DNA of 64,000 nucleotides from Candidatus Lloydbacteria bacterium CG22_combo_CG10-13_8_21_14_all_47_15 (GTDB lineage Bacteria; Patescibacteriota; Minisyncoccia; Phycocordibacterales; 21-14-all-47-15): NCBI GenBank assembly GCA_002771515.1, contig PCTL01000001.1, positions 7,995 to 71,994 of the forward strand, read 5' to 3'. Shown piece by piece: positions 54,710 to 64,000 of this stretch (position 1 is its first letter; each line of letters starts with the position of its first letter). The notes under the pieces were generated by a model. It saw only the letters and a program-made list of their open reading frames with translations, ran no database searches and was not told where the DNA came from. The position numbers and the translations under genes were made by a program.

Positions 54710-55564
54710 ATGCAGACACCACAGCTTATCAAAAAGGGAAAAGTGAAAGATATTTCCGTGCCGTATATCATTATTGCAAATTCCGATATGATTACGGCTG
54801 GCGACGGAAAGTTTACGGACAATATGCCCGGTAAGGCAATACTTAATACAGAGATTGCGGTAAATTGTTTCCGTTTACTCAATAAAAATAATATCTCAAA
54901 TCATTTTATCAGCCGTGAAAGCAACTCTAGCATCAAAGCGTGTTTTGCCGATGCGATTCCGATTGAAGTTGTATGCCGGCGGTATGCGTTCGGGTCATAT
55001 CTTGCGGAGCATCCAGAGTGTTCCGACGGCGATATTTTTCCGACGCTTGAGGTTGAATTTTTTATGAAAGATGACAAATTGCATGACCCGCGCGTGGTTC
55101 CTGGTAACGACGGGATGTTTGATGTCTTTTTTGTCAAATGGCGACCTGGAATGCGGACCGGTGGCGGTGTATTAAGCGGTGACGATATTTTTAAGAGCCG
55201 GTATGGATATGTACTCTCAACCGAGATGCTTTTCCAGATACAGCAGACTGCCCGCCTTGCGTTTGAAGCGTTTGAATATGGATTCAGAGAAAACGGCTAT
55301 GTATTGATTGACATGAAATTTGAATTCGGACTTCTTGAACATGGTGCCGTAATTGTTATTGACGGCATTACGCCGGATGAGTGGCGACTCGTGCGGCATG
55401 TGCCCGGCACGGGAATACAGGGACTGTATCGCGATGAGCAAAAGAGCAAACAGCTCTTTCGTGATATGAAAAAAGCTCGGAAAAACGGCGTGCTGACAGC
55501 GAATGATTGGAAAAAGCTCTACACGGTATATCAGGAATGCGCGGAAGTAACAGCTCGTTTTTAA
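54710..55564 (+). CDS. purC: phosphoribosylaminoimidazole-succinocarboxamide synthase (SAICAR synthetase, PurC family)
   Basis: LIKKGKVKDI…ITAGDGKF…IPIEVVCRRYAFGSYL…FMKDDKLHDPRVV…LIDMKFEFGL aligns motif-by-motif with E. coli PurC (recalled from memory). Confidence 0.8.
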   Translation: MQTPQLIKKGKVKDISVPYIIIANSDMITAGDGKFTDNMPGKAILNTEIAVNCFRLLNKNNISNHFISRESNSSIKACFADAIPIEVVCRRYAFGSYLAEHPECSDGDIFPTLEVEFFMKDDKLHDPRVVPGNDGMFDVFFVKWRPGMRTGGGVLSGDDIFKSRYGYVLSTEMLFQIQQTARLAFEAFEYGFRENGYVLIDMKFEFGLLEHGAVIVIDGITPDEWRLVRHVPGTGIQGLYRDEQKSKQLFRDMKKARKNGVLTANDWKKLYTVYQECAEVTARF

Positions 55565-55571
55565 TAGATCA

Positions 55572-55606
55572 CGCCCCGACGGTACAGTCGGGGCGTTTTG
55601 ATTTTT
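55572..55606 (+). terminator. rho-independent terminator
   Basis: CGCCCCGAC-ggtaca-GTCGGGGCG followed by TTTTGATTTTT. Confidence 0.85.
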
Positions 55607-55633
55607 AACAGAGATGGCGATACAATAATCAAT

Positions 55634-55981
55634 ATGGCTATTATTATTGCGCAATGGTTTTTGAATGTGTTCGGCGTGCTTTTGGCGGATTACATTATTC
55701 CGGGAGTTGTAGTGGAGTCGTTCTATATCGGCTTGGTCGTTGCGGTAATTTTGGGGGCATTGAATCTGATGGTCCGTCCTGTATTAATTTTTTTGACGCT
55801 TCCCATCACGCTTCTTTCCCTCGGGTTGTTTACTTTTGTAATCAACGCATTTCTCTTTTGGTTTGTCGCAAGCTTCGTTGAAGGATTTTCGGTAGCCGGA
55901 TTTGGTGCTGCGTTCTTTGGCGCGCTCGTTGTGTCGCTGACAAGCTTTCTCGGCAGAAAGTTTCTTGGTGCAATGAGATAA
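55634..55981 (+). CDS. DUF360 / phage-holin-4_2 family membrane protein
   Basis: Four hydrophobic helices with the family-typical …LMVRPVLIFLTLPITLLSLGLFTFVINAFLFWFVASFV…GFGAAFFGALVVSLTSFL pattern. The track TTG start 55598 lies in the terminator stem, so ATG 55634 is preferred. Confidence 0.55.
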   Translation: MAIIIAQWFLNVFGVLLADYIIPGVVVESFYIGLVVAVILGALNLMVRPVLIFLTLPITLLSLGLFTFVINAFLFWFVASFVEGFSVAGFGAAFFGALVVSLTSFLGRKFLGAMR

Positions 55982-56877
55982 TGCGGAAAGCGCGTATCAT
56001 AACTCATAACGGTCATTTTCATGCAGACGATGTGTTTGCGACAGCTCTTTTAGCGATTCTACACGACGAGAAAAAGATGCCGTATGACATTATCCGCTCA
56101 CGCGACCGGAACCTATGGTTGACGGGCGATTTTGTGGTGGATGTCGGCGATGTATATGACGCGCTGGCAAATCGTTTTGACCATCATCAGAAAGGAGGCG
56201 CCGGAGTTCGTGAAAACGGCGTGCCGTATTCATCTCTCGGTCTTGTGTGGAAAAAATTTGGCGCAGAATTTACCGGTTTACAGCATGCCTCGGAGTATAT
56301 TGATAAAAAACTTGTTGAATACATTGACGCTATGGACAATGGCATGGAAATTATTCGTGCAAAATTTGACGGTGTAAATATTTATGCGATCGGGGAAGTT
56401 ATTGAGTCATTCTCGCTCGGGTGGGACGAGGATAGTTCGTTTGATGACGCTTTTATTGAGGCAGTGGATGTGGCAAAAAAAATTCTTTTGCGCGAACGCT
56501 CGCGCGCGCTGAGTGCCTGCTCTGCAGAGGAACAAATCAGGCATTTGTATGATACCGCGCCAGATAAGCGGTTTATAGTGCTTGACCGGTACTATGGTTC
56601 TTCCGGTGATATACTTCGCGCATACCCCGAACCGCTATTTGTCATTTATCCTGAGAAGGTAAATGGAACATGGCATGTGAAAGCGGTACGCACCGGCAAC
56701 GCGTTGTTTACGAACAGAAAAGATTTGCCGAAAGCATGGGCAGGTAAGCGTGATAGAGAATTGGCGGCAGAAAGTGGCGTTCAAGACGCATTGTTCTGCC
56801 ACAATAATTTGTTTCTTGCGGTCGCTAAGTCAAAAGAGGGCGCCATAGCACTTGCTGAAAAAGCTGTTATAAATTAA
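55981..56877 (+). CDS. MYG1-family (UPF0160) metal-dependent hydrolase
   Basis: N-terminal THNGHFHADDVFA (HxGxFHxD[DE]) motif typical of the MYG1 family. Confidence 0.75.
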   Translation: MRKARIITHNGHFHADDVFATALLAILHDEKKMPYDIIRSRDRNLWLTGDFVVDVGDVYDALANRFDHHQKGGAGVRENGVPYSSLGLVWKKFGAEFTGLQHASEYIDKKLVEYIDAMDNGMEIIRAKFDGVNIYAIGEVIESFSLGWDEDSSFDDAFIEAVDVAKKILLRERSRALSACSAEEQIRHLYDTAPDKRFIVLDRYYGSSGDILRAYPEPLFVIYPEKVNGTWHVKAVRTGNALFTNRKDLPKAWAGKRDRELAAESGVQDALFCHNNLFLAVAKSKEGAIALAEKAVIN

Positions 56878-56939
56878 GGATTTTTCAATGCGTCAGACGG
56901 TGTGGGCGTTTTTCAATTTGTGCTATACTAGCGCTATAT

Positions 56940-58346
56940 ATGGCGGACTATACACCGACAATCGGGCTTGAGGTCCATGCGGAATTAAAAACGCGGACAA
57001 AAATGTTCTGCGACTCAAAAAATGACCCTGACGAAACGCGGCCGAATGTTAATGTCTGTCCGGTGTGCATGGGACACCCCGGGACGCTTCCGACAATCAA
57101 CAAAGAAGCGGTGGGACATATCATAAAGATTGGGAAAGCGGTTGGCGGGCGCATTGCAGACGAAACACATTTTGACCGCAAAAACTATTTTTATCCTGAT
57201 ATCCCGAAAGGATATCAGATCAGCCAGTATAAAGACCCGATTATTTCAGGCGGTGTGCTTCATGGCGTTCTATTGACGCGTATACATTTGGAAGAAGACA
57301 CCGCGCGTTCGATACACGACGCAGAGACAGACGGTTCTCTTGTAGATTTCAACCGTGCAGGCATTCCGCTAATGGAGCTCGTCACAGAGCCGGTAATTGA
57401 AAACGCCAAACAAGCGGTAGATTTCGCGCGCGAACTTCAGCTTCTTTTAAAAACACTTGGTATTTCGGAAGCGAATATGGAAAAAGGCGAGATGCGCGTT
57501 GAGGCAAATATATCGGTGGCGCCGCGTGGCGGCCGTGGCACGAAAGTGGAAGTGAAAAATCTCAACTCGTTTAGAAGCGTGGAGCGGGCGATTGAATATG
57601 AAATCATACGGCAGATTGAGGTTCTGGAAGCTGGCGGCTCTGTGACGCAGGAAACGCGCGGCTGGGATGAAGGTAGGCAAGAGACATTCAGTCAGCGTTT
57701 GAAAGAGACATCGGAGGATTACCGCTATTTCCCGGAGCCGGACCTGCCGCCTCTCAAACTATCGCTCGTTTCAGATTGGCACGATATTGTATTGCCGGAA
57801 CTACCATGGATACGGCGCGAACGGTATCAATCGCAATTCGGACTTCGGTCAGAGACAGCCGAAACTCTCGTGTACAATGAGTTACTTCGCGAGTTTTTTG
57901 ACGATGTGCTTACGCACTTGCCTGATAACAAAACATTTGCGACGCTTTCCGCAAACTACATTACTTCAGATATTGCCGGCTTTACCGCTGTGACCGGCCG
58001 TGGAATTGAGCATATAGCACCTCGACAGTTTGCGGCGCTTATAGGCATGATTGGCGGCGGGGATATTTCGTCGCGCGGTGCGAAAGACATTTTGGCGGTT
58101 ATGTTTGAAAAAGGCGGTGAACCGCGCGCGATTGCGCTAGAAAAAGGATTGCTACAGGAAAGTGATGAAGGCGCGCTTAAGAATATTGCTCTAAAAATAA
58201 TTGCCGATAATCGAAGTGTGGCCGATGAATACATAGCCGGTAAGGAAGCGGCGATACAGTTTTTGATAGGACAGGGAATGAAGGCGACAAAGGGCGCGGC
58301 AAATCCAGGCGTGCTGAAGAATCTCTTTGAAAGCCTTCTTAAATGA
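56940..58346 (+). CDS. gatB: Asp-tRNA(Asn)/Glu-tRNA(Gln) amidotransferase subunit B
   Basis: N-terminus MADYTPTIGLEVHAELKT…, zinc site CPVCMGHPG, and a C-terminal YqeY-like tail. Confidence 0.93.
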   Translation: MADYTPTIGLEVHAELKTRTKMFCDSKNDPDETRPNVNVCPVCMGHPGTLPTINKEAVGHIIKIGKAVGGRIADETHFDRKNYFYPDIPKGYQISQYKDPIISGGVLHGVLLTRIHLEEDTARSIHDAETDGSLVDFNRAGIPLMELVTEPVIENAKQAVDFARELQLLLKTLGISEANMEKGEMRVEANISVAPRGGRGTKVEVKNLNSFRSVERAIEYEIIRQIEVLEAGGSVTQETRGWDEGRQETFSQRLKETSEDYRYFPEPDLPPLKLSLVSDWHDIVLPELPWIRRERYQSQFGLRSETAETLVYNELLREFFDDVLTHLPDNKTFATLSANYITSDIAGFTAVTGRGIEHIAPRQFAALIGMIGGGDISSRGAKDILAVMFEKGGEPRAIALEKGLLQESDEGALKNIALKIIADNRSVADEYIAGKEAAIQFLIGQGMKATKGAANPGVLKNLFESLLK

Positions 58347-58413
58347 GAACATAATATCAACCAACTTTTTTATTGTTTCGTCCAGTTGTTTGTTTTTGGT
58401 ATACTGAGTCTGT

Positions 58414-59397
58414 ATGTCACAGAAAAAAATTCGCATCGCGATAAACGGTTTCGGGAGGATTGGCCGCGTTTTCTTTCGGCAGGCTTTTAATAATCCCAAT
58501 TTTGATATTGTTGCCATTAATGATTTGGGCTCCAAAGAGAATCTTCTCTATCTCTTGAAGCACGATTCGGTCTACGGCATATTTGAGCCGGAGCTTGGCG
58601 CTATTGAATTTCTATCGGAAAATGACCCGTCGCGCTTGCCGTGGAAGAAACTTGATGTAGATATAGTCGTGGAATCAACAGGTGCTTTTACCACATTTGA
58701 GAAATCAAAGGCGCATCTTGATGCCGGCGCGAAGCGTGTCGTGATTACCGCGCCGGCGAAAGATGATGTGACACCGACGGCAACGCCTAACATCGGATTC
58801 AAAGATATAGGCGAAGGGCGTATTACTTCAAATGCGTCTTGTACAACCAACGCGACGACGCCGATTGTTGCTATTATGATGGAAACGCTTGGCGTGGAAA
58901 AAGCGGTATTGAGTACCATTCATGGGTACACCGCGAGCCAGACGCTTGTGGACAGTCCGAGTAGCAAGGATTTTCGCCGTGGCAGAGCCGCCGCTGAAAG
59001 TTTCGTACCTTCTGAAACCGGCGCGGCGATAGCAACCGAAAAAGCGATTCCGGCGATAGCCGGAAAATTTGACGGAGTGGCGATACGGGTACCGGTCATA
59101 ACAGGTTCGCTAGCAGATTTTACATTTGTCGCAAAACGAAAAACGAGCGTTGAGGAAGTGAATCGGATTTTTAAGGATGCGGAGAAAAAGAAAGATTGGC
59201 AGGGAATTTTAAAGACGACGGATGAGCCGATTGTTTCGCGCGACATTGTCGGTGAGCCGTATGGCGCGATTATTGACCTTAATATGACTCGTGTGGTTGA
59301 CGGCGACCTGGTAAAAGTGTTTTCGTGGTACGATAACGAGTGGGGCTACGCGGCGATGCTCGCGAAACATATTGAAACGCTCGCACCATATCTCTGA
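58414..59397 (+). CDS. gap: glyceraldehyde-3-phosphate dehydrogenase (type I)
   Basis: NAD-binding INGFGRIGR; catalytic ASCTTN; C-terminal WYDNEWGY. Confidence 0.93.
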   Translation: MSQKKIRIAINGFGRIGRVFFRQAFNNPNFDIVAINDLGSKENLLYLLKHDSVYGIFEPELGAIEFLSENDPSRLPWKKLDVDIVVESTGAFTTFEKSKAHLDAGAKRVVITAPAKDDVTPTATPNIGFKDIGEGRITSNASCTTNATTPIVAIMMETLGVEKAVLSTIHGYTASQTLVDSPSSKDFRRGRAAAESFVPSETGAAIATEKAIPAIAGKFDGVAIRVPVITGSLADFTFVAKRKTSVEEVNRIFKDAEKKKDWQGILKTTDEPIVSRDIVGEPYGAIIDLNMTRVVDGDLVKVFSWYDNEWGYAAMLAKHIETLAPYL

Positions 59398-59408
59398 TTG
59401 TCAAATAT

Positions 59409-59666
59409 ATGATTGCATTTGAACAGGCTCCCGATAAACGGCCGCGGACAGGAGAAACACCGCGTGCGGAGACGGATTCGGAACCGATATTTTCACCCTG
59501 GCAGGCGATACGGATGAGAGGTTTAAGCGGAGTTGTTGAAGACGGTTGGACTGTAAAGGATGTGTCGCCTCACGGCACAGTGCTTGTGGCAAAATTGCGT
59601 GGTAATGGAAATGATTCATACAAAATAGTGCCGCTGGAAACGCTTAGAAAATTAAACAACATATGA
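59409..59666 (+). CDS. hypothetical small protein in the gap-rpiB operon
   Basis: 85 aa with no recognisable motif; tight spacing within the operon is the only support. Confidence 0.35.
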   Translation: MIAFEQAPDKRPRTGETPRAETDSEPIFSPWQAIRMRGLSGVVEDGWTVKDVSPHGTVLVAKLRGNGNDSYKIVPLETLRKLNNI

Positions 59667-60121
59667 TTATCTACCTCGGTTCAGACCATGCCGGATACGC
59701 ACTCAAGGAGACGCTTGAGATTTTTTTGCGAGAGCTTGGGTATGCCGCTACAGACGCGGGACCAGACCAATACGACGCGACAGATGATTATCCCGATTAC
59801 ATTACACCGGTCGCGTGCCGCGTATCCGAGAAGCCAGAAGAGAGTCGCGGTATTATTTTAGGCGGCTCCGGGCAGGGGGAGGCAATGATGGCAAATCGCT
59901 TTCCGCATGTCCGTGCGATGGTCTACTATGGCGGACAGATTGAGACGGTGAAGCTCGCACGGGAACACAACGATGCTAATATTTTATCGCTGGGCGCAAG
60001 ATTTATTTCTGAAGAAGAGGCAAAAGAAGCCGTGCAAGCATGGCTTGAGACGCCGTTTTCTGCAGAAGAACGGCATATACGGCGGATTCAGAAAATTGAA
60101 GATTTAAGTAAAAATTGTTAA
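59663..60121 (+). CDS. rpiB: ribose-5-phosphate isomerase B (RpiB/LacAB family)
   Basis: IYLGSDHAGYALKE…GIILGGSGQGEAMMANR pattern. Confidence 0.85.
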   Translation: MIIYLGSDHAGYALKETLEIFLRELGYAATDAGPDQYDATDDYPDYITPVACRVSEKPEESRGIILGGSGQGEAMMANRFPHVRAMVYYGGQIETVKLAREHNDANILSLGARFISEEEAKEAVQAWLETPFSAEERHIRRIQKIEDLSKNC

Positions 60122-60127
60122 TCCTGT

Positions 60128-60808
60128 ATGGTAGAAATAATTCCAGCCATTATGCCGAAAAGTCTTGAGGACATCGTCGCGGAAGCTCACCGCGTGGAAA
60201 CGCTCGTGCGTATGGTACAGGTTGATGTGATGGACGGCATATTTGTGCCGTCTGCCGATTGGCCATATACGGCTGACTCGGACGCAGTGTTTGACGCGAT
60301 GGCATCTGGTGGTATTTCGCTTGCAAAAGACGGCGGCGGCGTATCATTTGAAATTGACCTGATGGTGGAAAATCCAGCTTTACACGCCGGAGATTGGATC
60401 GCCGCCGGAGCGAAACGCATTATTTTTCATATTGAATCGCTCGATGACCCCTCTTCGCTTTTTGAAGAATTGCCCCGTGACGGTTTTGAAATAGGTCTGG
60501 CGTTGAATCCGGATACTTCAAACGACGCGGTAGCGTCATATATACAACATATTGATTTTGTGCAGTGTATGGGGATAACGAATATAGGATATCAGGGGCA
60601 GGCGTTTGACGAGCGGGTGCTTGGAAAATTGCGCGTATTCCGCGAAACATTTCCGTCTATTGTACTTTCCGTAGATGGGGGTGTGTCGCTTGATATCGCG
60701 CCGAAACTGATTGAAGCCGGTGCAAACCGTCTTGTTTCCGGCTCGGCAATTTGGCAGAGCGATGATATACTTGGAACTATTGTAAAATTTCAATCACTGG
60801 AACAATGA
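60128..60808 (+). CDS. rpe: ribulose-phosphate 3-epimerase
   Basis: VDVMDGIFVP…, …FHIES…, …MGITNIGYQGQAF… TIM-barrel motifs of Rpe. Confidence 0.8.
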   Translation: MVEIIPAIMPKSLEDIVAEAHRVETLVRMVQVDVMDGIFVPSADWPYTADSDAVFDAMASGGISLAKDGGGVSFEIDLMVENPALHAGDWIAAGAKRIIFHIESLDDPSSLFEELPRDGFEIGLALNPDTSNDAVASYIQHIDFVQCMGITNIGYQGQAFDERVLGKLRVFRETFPSIVLSVDGGVSLDIAPKLIEAGANRLVSGSAIWQSDDILGTIVKFQSLEQ

Positions 60809-60823
60809 ATCACATTTCAGTAT

Positions 60824-61684
60824 ATGTCACATCTCCACGAAGACAAAATAAAATTTCTTGAAGAGAAAGCGAATCTTGTCCGACAGTCGCTTATTGAAGA
60901 GCTTGTGGAAGCAGGTTCTGGACACACTGCCGGTCCGCTCGGTATGGCGGATATATTTACCGCTCTTTATTTTCATATTTTAAACCACGACGCCAAAAAT
61001 CCCGCATGGGAGGAGAGAGACCGGCTGATTCTTTCAAACGGACACATAGTACCTATACGCTATGCCGTTATGGCGCATGCGGGGTATTTTCCGCTTGAGG
61101 AATTAAAAACGCTTAGGAAATTCGGCACTAGATTACAAGGACATCCGGAACGGCCGATAATGCCGGCGCTTGAGTCAACATCAGGCCCACTTGGTTCGGG
61201 GCTCGGGCAAGCGGCGGGTGTGGCGCTTGCCGCGCGAATGGACGGCAAGAAGTTCCGCGTATACTGCATTATGTCTGACGGTGAGCAGGATGCCGGTAAC
61301 ATATGGGAATCCGCTATGTTTGCAGGTGCAAACAAGCTCTCAAACCTGACGGCGATTCTTGACAGAAATAATATCCAGATAAACGGGATGACGGAAAATG
61401 TGATGCCTCTTGAGCCGATTCGTGAGAAGTATGAAGCATTTGGCTGGCATGTGATAGATATTGACGGACACAATATGGAAGAGATTGTAGACGGCGTGGA
61501 GCAGGCAAAAGCGATTTATGAGAAGCCGACACTCATTATCGCGCATGTTATTCCAGGCAAAGGCGTGAAAGAAATTGAATTTGATTATATATGGCATGGT
61601 AAGTCGCCGAAGCCGGAAGAGGCGGAGAAGTTTTTGGCAGAGCTTCGCACGCTCGGCGGAAAAATAAAAAGCGAGCATGAATAA
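60824..61684 (+). CDS. transketolase, N-terminal (TPP-binding) subunit of a split enzyme
   Basis: GSGHTAGPLGMADI and GDGEQDAGNIWESAMFA TPP-binding motifs. Confidence 0.88.
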   Translation: MSHLHEDKIKFLEEKANLVRQSLIEELVEAGSGHTAGPLGMADIFTALYFHILNHDAKNPAWEERDRLILSNGHIVPIRYAVMAHAGYFPLEELKTLRKFGTRLQGHPERPIMPALESTSGPLGSGLGQAAGVALAARMDGKKFRVYCIMSDGEQDAGNIWESAMFAGANKLSNLTAILDRNNIQINGMTENVMPLEPIREKYEAFGWHVIDIDGHNMEEIVDGVEQAKAIYEKPTLIIAHVIPGKGVKEIEFDYIWHGKSPKPEEAEKFLAELRTLGGKIKSEHE

Positions 61685-62686
61685 TTGTTTTTTATGATAC
61701 ATTCATCACAAAAATTAGTTGAAAATATCTGGAATGATGATATCGGACAGGCGCCGACACGCGATGGCTACGGGAAAGGCGTTGTGGAAGCCGGCGAGAA
61801 AGACGCGCGTGTCGTTGTGTTATGTGCCGACTTGGCGGAGAGCACCCGCTCGCACTGGTTTAAGGAAAAATTTCCGGCGCGGTATATTGAACTTGGAGTA
61901 GCCGAGCAGAATTTGGCGACGGTCGCCTCCGGTATGGCAAATTACGGGAAGATTCCGTTCATTGCATCGTACGCCGCGTTCAACCCGGGACGGAATAATG
62001 AACAAATCAGAACGACAGTTTCTTTAAATGATGTGCCGGTAAAAGTATGCGGAATGCACGCCGGCGTGTCGGTGGGGCCTGACGGGGCGACGCATCAAGC
62101 GCTGGAAGATATTGCGCTCATGCGCGTTCAGCCGAATATGTCTGTTATTGTGCCGGCTGATGCGGAAGAAGCTAGAAAGGCAACATACGCGGCGGCATTT
62201 ACGGATAAACCGGCGTATCTTCGTTTTGCGCGCGAGAAAACACCGGTATTTACGACTGTCGATTCACCGTTTGAAATCGGTAAAGCAAATATATTATGGG
62301 AGAGCGAAAAGCCGGAAGTGGCAATTATCGCATGCGGTTCTATTATGATGAATGCGCTCTATGCCGTAAAAAAGCTTTCGGAGGAGGGGATTGGGACGAT
62401 ATTGTTAAATAACCATACCGTAAAACCAATGGACGAAGGAGCAGTGATCGCGGCCGCGCAGAAAGCCGGCGCGGTGGTGACGGTTGAAGAGCATCAAATT
62501 GCCGGCGGTATGGGTTCGGCGGTAGCGGAAGTTCTCGCGCGCTCTAATCCGGTGCCAATTGAGTTTGTAGGTGTTGAGGATAGATTTGGTCAATCCGGAG
62601 AGACGAATGAGCTCATAAAAGAATATGGAATGGATACGGATGCGATTATTGAGAAAATTAAAAAAGTAATCCAAAGAAAAAAATGA
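61685..62686 (+). CDS. transketolase, C-terminal (pyrimidine-binding) subunit
   Basis: The Pyr domain and transketolase C-terminal domain directly follow the N-terminal subunit gene. Confidence 0.88.
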   Translation: MFFMIHSSQKLVENIWNDDIGQAPTRDGYGKGVVEAGEKDARVVVLCADLAESTRSHWFKEKFPARYIELGVAEQNLATVASGMANYGKIPFIASYAAFNPGRNNEQIRTTVSLNDVPVKVCGMHAGVSVGPDGATHQALEDIALMRVQPNMSVIVPADAEEARKATYAAAFTDKPAYLRFAREKTPVFTTVDSPFEIGKANILWESEKPEVAIIACGSIMMNALYAVKKLSEEGIGTILLNNHTVKPMDEGAVIAAAQKAGAVVTVEEHQIAGGMGSAVAEVLARSNPVPIEFVGVEDRFGQSGETNELIKEYGMDTDAIIEKIKKVIQRKK

Positions 62687-62706
62687 GTCAGACGACTCAT
62701 TTTTTT

Positions 62707-63699
62707 CTACAATTTTTTCGGCATGTACTCCTGCGGCGCGTTTTTGAGATATTCCTCTATTTTGTCGCGCGAAAGGAGTCCTTCCTGCGCGCCAATGTAT
62801 TGTACGACAGACATTGAATTTATAGGTGCTCGTTTGAGCGCTTCTTCTATCGGTAAGCCCAACGCCAGAAATGAAGTTAGTGTTGATGAGAAGGAATCTC
62901 CGGCGCCTGTCCGGTCAAGCGGCGGCTTCGGGTCTGGATACATCGGCATATGCCACAGCGCTTCGCTGTTTGCTGTGTATGCGCCGCCGGGACCATCGGT
63001 TACAACGGCGAGGTTCGGGCCTTTTGTATGGAGCATCCGCGCAAGTGTTGCCGTGTCATTTTCGTCTGATTTCAAAATCAGCTGTGCTTCCTGTTTATTG
63101 CAGAAAAATATAGCGCTTGCTTCATAAAGGTCTTTAAGCGTATCGTATCCAAGTTTGATTTGAAATGTACCCGGTTGGAACGCAAGTTTGGTATTTGGAT
63201 TCTCTTTTACAAAATTAGCAATTTCATGATGATATTCTATTGAATCCTCGCCAACCGATGAAAAATAAATCCATCGCGGTTTACCAATGTTTGGCAGCGC
63301 GTATGGATAATCATGGTGTTTAATGAGAATGGTTCGCTCGGCTTTATACCAAAGTACATAGTGGTAATTACTCTCTTTTCCGGAATGTATGCGTATGAAT
63401 TGGGTGTCAACGCCGTTTTTTGCGAATGTCTCCAGATCCTCTTTTCCGTGCCAGTCATCGCCTATATCAGTCACAAGTGCTGATTTTAAGCCAAGCCTGT
63501 GTGCCGCTACTGCCGCGTTTGGGCTGTTACCGACGGCCGGTACGACGGTTACTGATTCGTATGGCACCTTGCTTGCGTTCTCAACACAGAGTTTTTCGCC
63601 GCCCTTATCGTCGGTGTAAACGCTTGCTTGATTGATTCTGATGAACGCATCAGTTGTGGTGTCGCCTATTGAGATGAAATCAAATTCTTCTTGCTGCAT
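62707..63699 (-). CDS. PfkB-family carbohydrate kinase (ribokinase-like)
   Basis: N-terminal GD/GG motif region and C-terminal DTTGAGD-like …RTGAGDSFSS… anion-hole motif. Confidence 0.75.
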   Translation of the reverse strand: MQQEEFDFISIGDTTTDAFIRINQASVYTDDKGGEKLCVENASKVPYESVTVVPAVGNSPNAAVAAHRLGLKSALVTDIGDDWHGKEDLETFAKNGVDTQFIRIHSGKESNYHYVLWYKAERTILIKHHDYPYALPNIGKPRWIYFSSVGEDSIEYHHEIANFVKENPNTKLAFQPGTFQIKLGYDTLKDLYEASAIFFCNKQEAQLILKSDENDTATLARMLHTKGPNLAVVTDGPGGAYTANSEALWHMPMYPDPKPPLDRTGAGDSFSSTLTSFLALGLPIEEALKRAPINSMSVVQYIGAQEGLLSRDKIEEYLKNAPQEYMPKKL

Positions 63700-63743
63700 A
63701 TCTATGACGATTATCTAATTACAATACAGCCAGTATAGCACAG

Positions 63744-63779
63744 AAATAAAAAGCCGCCCCGACATAAGTCGGAGCGGCT
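63744..63779 (-). terminator. rho-independent terminator (minus strand) for the upstream partial gene
   Basis: On the minus strand: AGCCGCTCCGAC-ttat-GTCGGGGCGGCT followed by TTTTTATTTC. Confidence 0.75.
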
Positions 63780-63789
63780 AAAGCATACT

Positions 63790-64000
63790 TAGTTAAAACA
63801 CAAATCAACGCCTTCTTTCTTCGCCCATTCTACTACTTCCTTTTCATCAGGAAAGTCGCCGAATTGGGCGAGGACAACTTCGTATTCGCCATCATTGTAC
63901 GACAGAATCGGGCATTCGCGCAGCCAGCGGTCATGGTCATGCTCTTTGAGCCATTCAAAATAATGAACGCGTTCTTGATAGACCGCTACAATTTCATCCG
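63790..64000 (-). CDS. hypothetical protein, 3' end only (gene continues beyond the window)
   Basis: Minus-strand frame …DEIVAVYQERVHYFEWLKEHDHDRWLRECPILSYNDGEYEVVLAQFGDFPDEKEVVEWAKKEGVDLCFN* with the stop at 63790-63792. Confidence 0.5.

Overview
The window is a gene-dense bacterial chromosomal segment on both strands; its gene content resembles a small-genome, episymbiont-like (CPR/Patescibacteria-type) bacterium, but that is inference only. Housekeeping genes: smpB followed by a tmRNA gene, ftsH, a MacAB-like efflux/ABC trio (adaptor, ATPase, permease), recG, a fused alpha/beta plus gamma 2-oxoacid:ferredoxin oxidoreductase, ligA, recA, ftsK, murB, secA, gatB, gap, rpiB, rpe, split transketolase, and a PfkB kinase. 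A long type IV pilus cluster is present: pilM-N-O, pilB, a CheY-like receiver, pilT, pilC, major pilin, pilD, four minor pilins, with comF upstream. Two tRNAs were found by eye: tRNA-Ser(GCU) on the + strand and a tRNA with anticodon UAU on the - strand. The best candidates for an undescribed system, all hypotheses to be tested: (1) directly after tRNA-Ser the last 20 nt of the tRNA are repeated 176 bp downstream (att-like). This repeat runs straight into an XRE-type HTH ORF with no start codon, followed by an operon of five uncharacterised membrane-anchored or small proteins (two paralogous) and an orphan ZAS-type anti-sigma-like gene, with no integrase. (2) A surface/host-interaction locus: an ~870 bp non-coding region with promoter-like elements and tandem repeats, a 1214-aa peptidoglycan-binding repeat surface protein, a TPR protein, a 1238-aa secreted protein fusing a zinc phospholipase-C-like domain, an acidic EP linker, a lamin-tail domain and a beta-helix, and a Wzy_C/O-antigen-ligase-TPR fusion. 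(3) A winged-HTH protein gene preceded by a run of ATAAARGACA direct repeats (iteron-like). Other notable items are a 49-aa Lys/Arg-rich protein with its own terminator, a promoter-driven structured non-coding stretch upstream of murB, and a repeated palindromic hairpin family. Coordinates of RNA genes, promoters and terminators are hand-derived and approximate.
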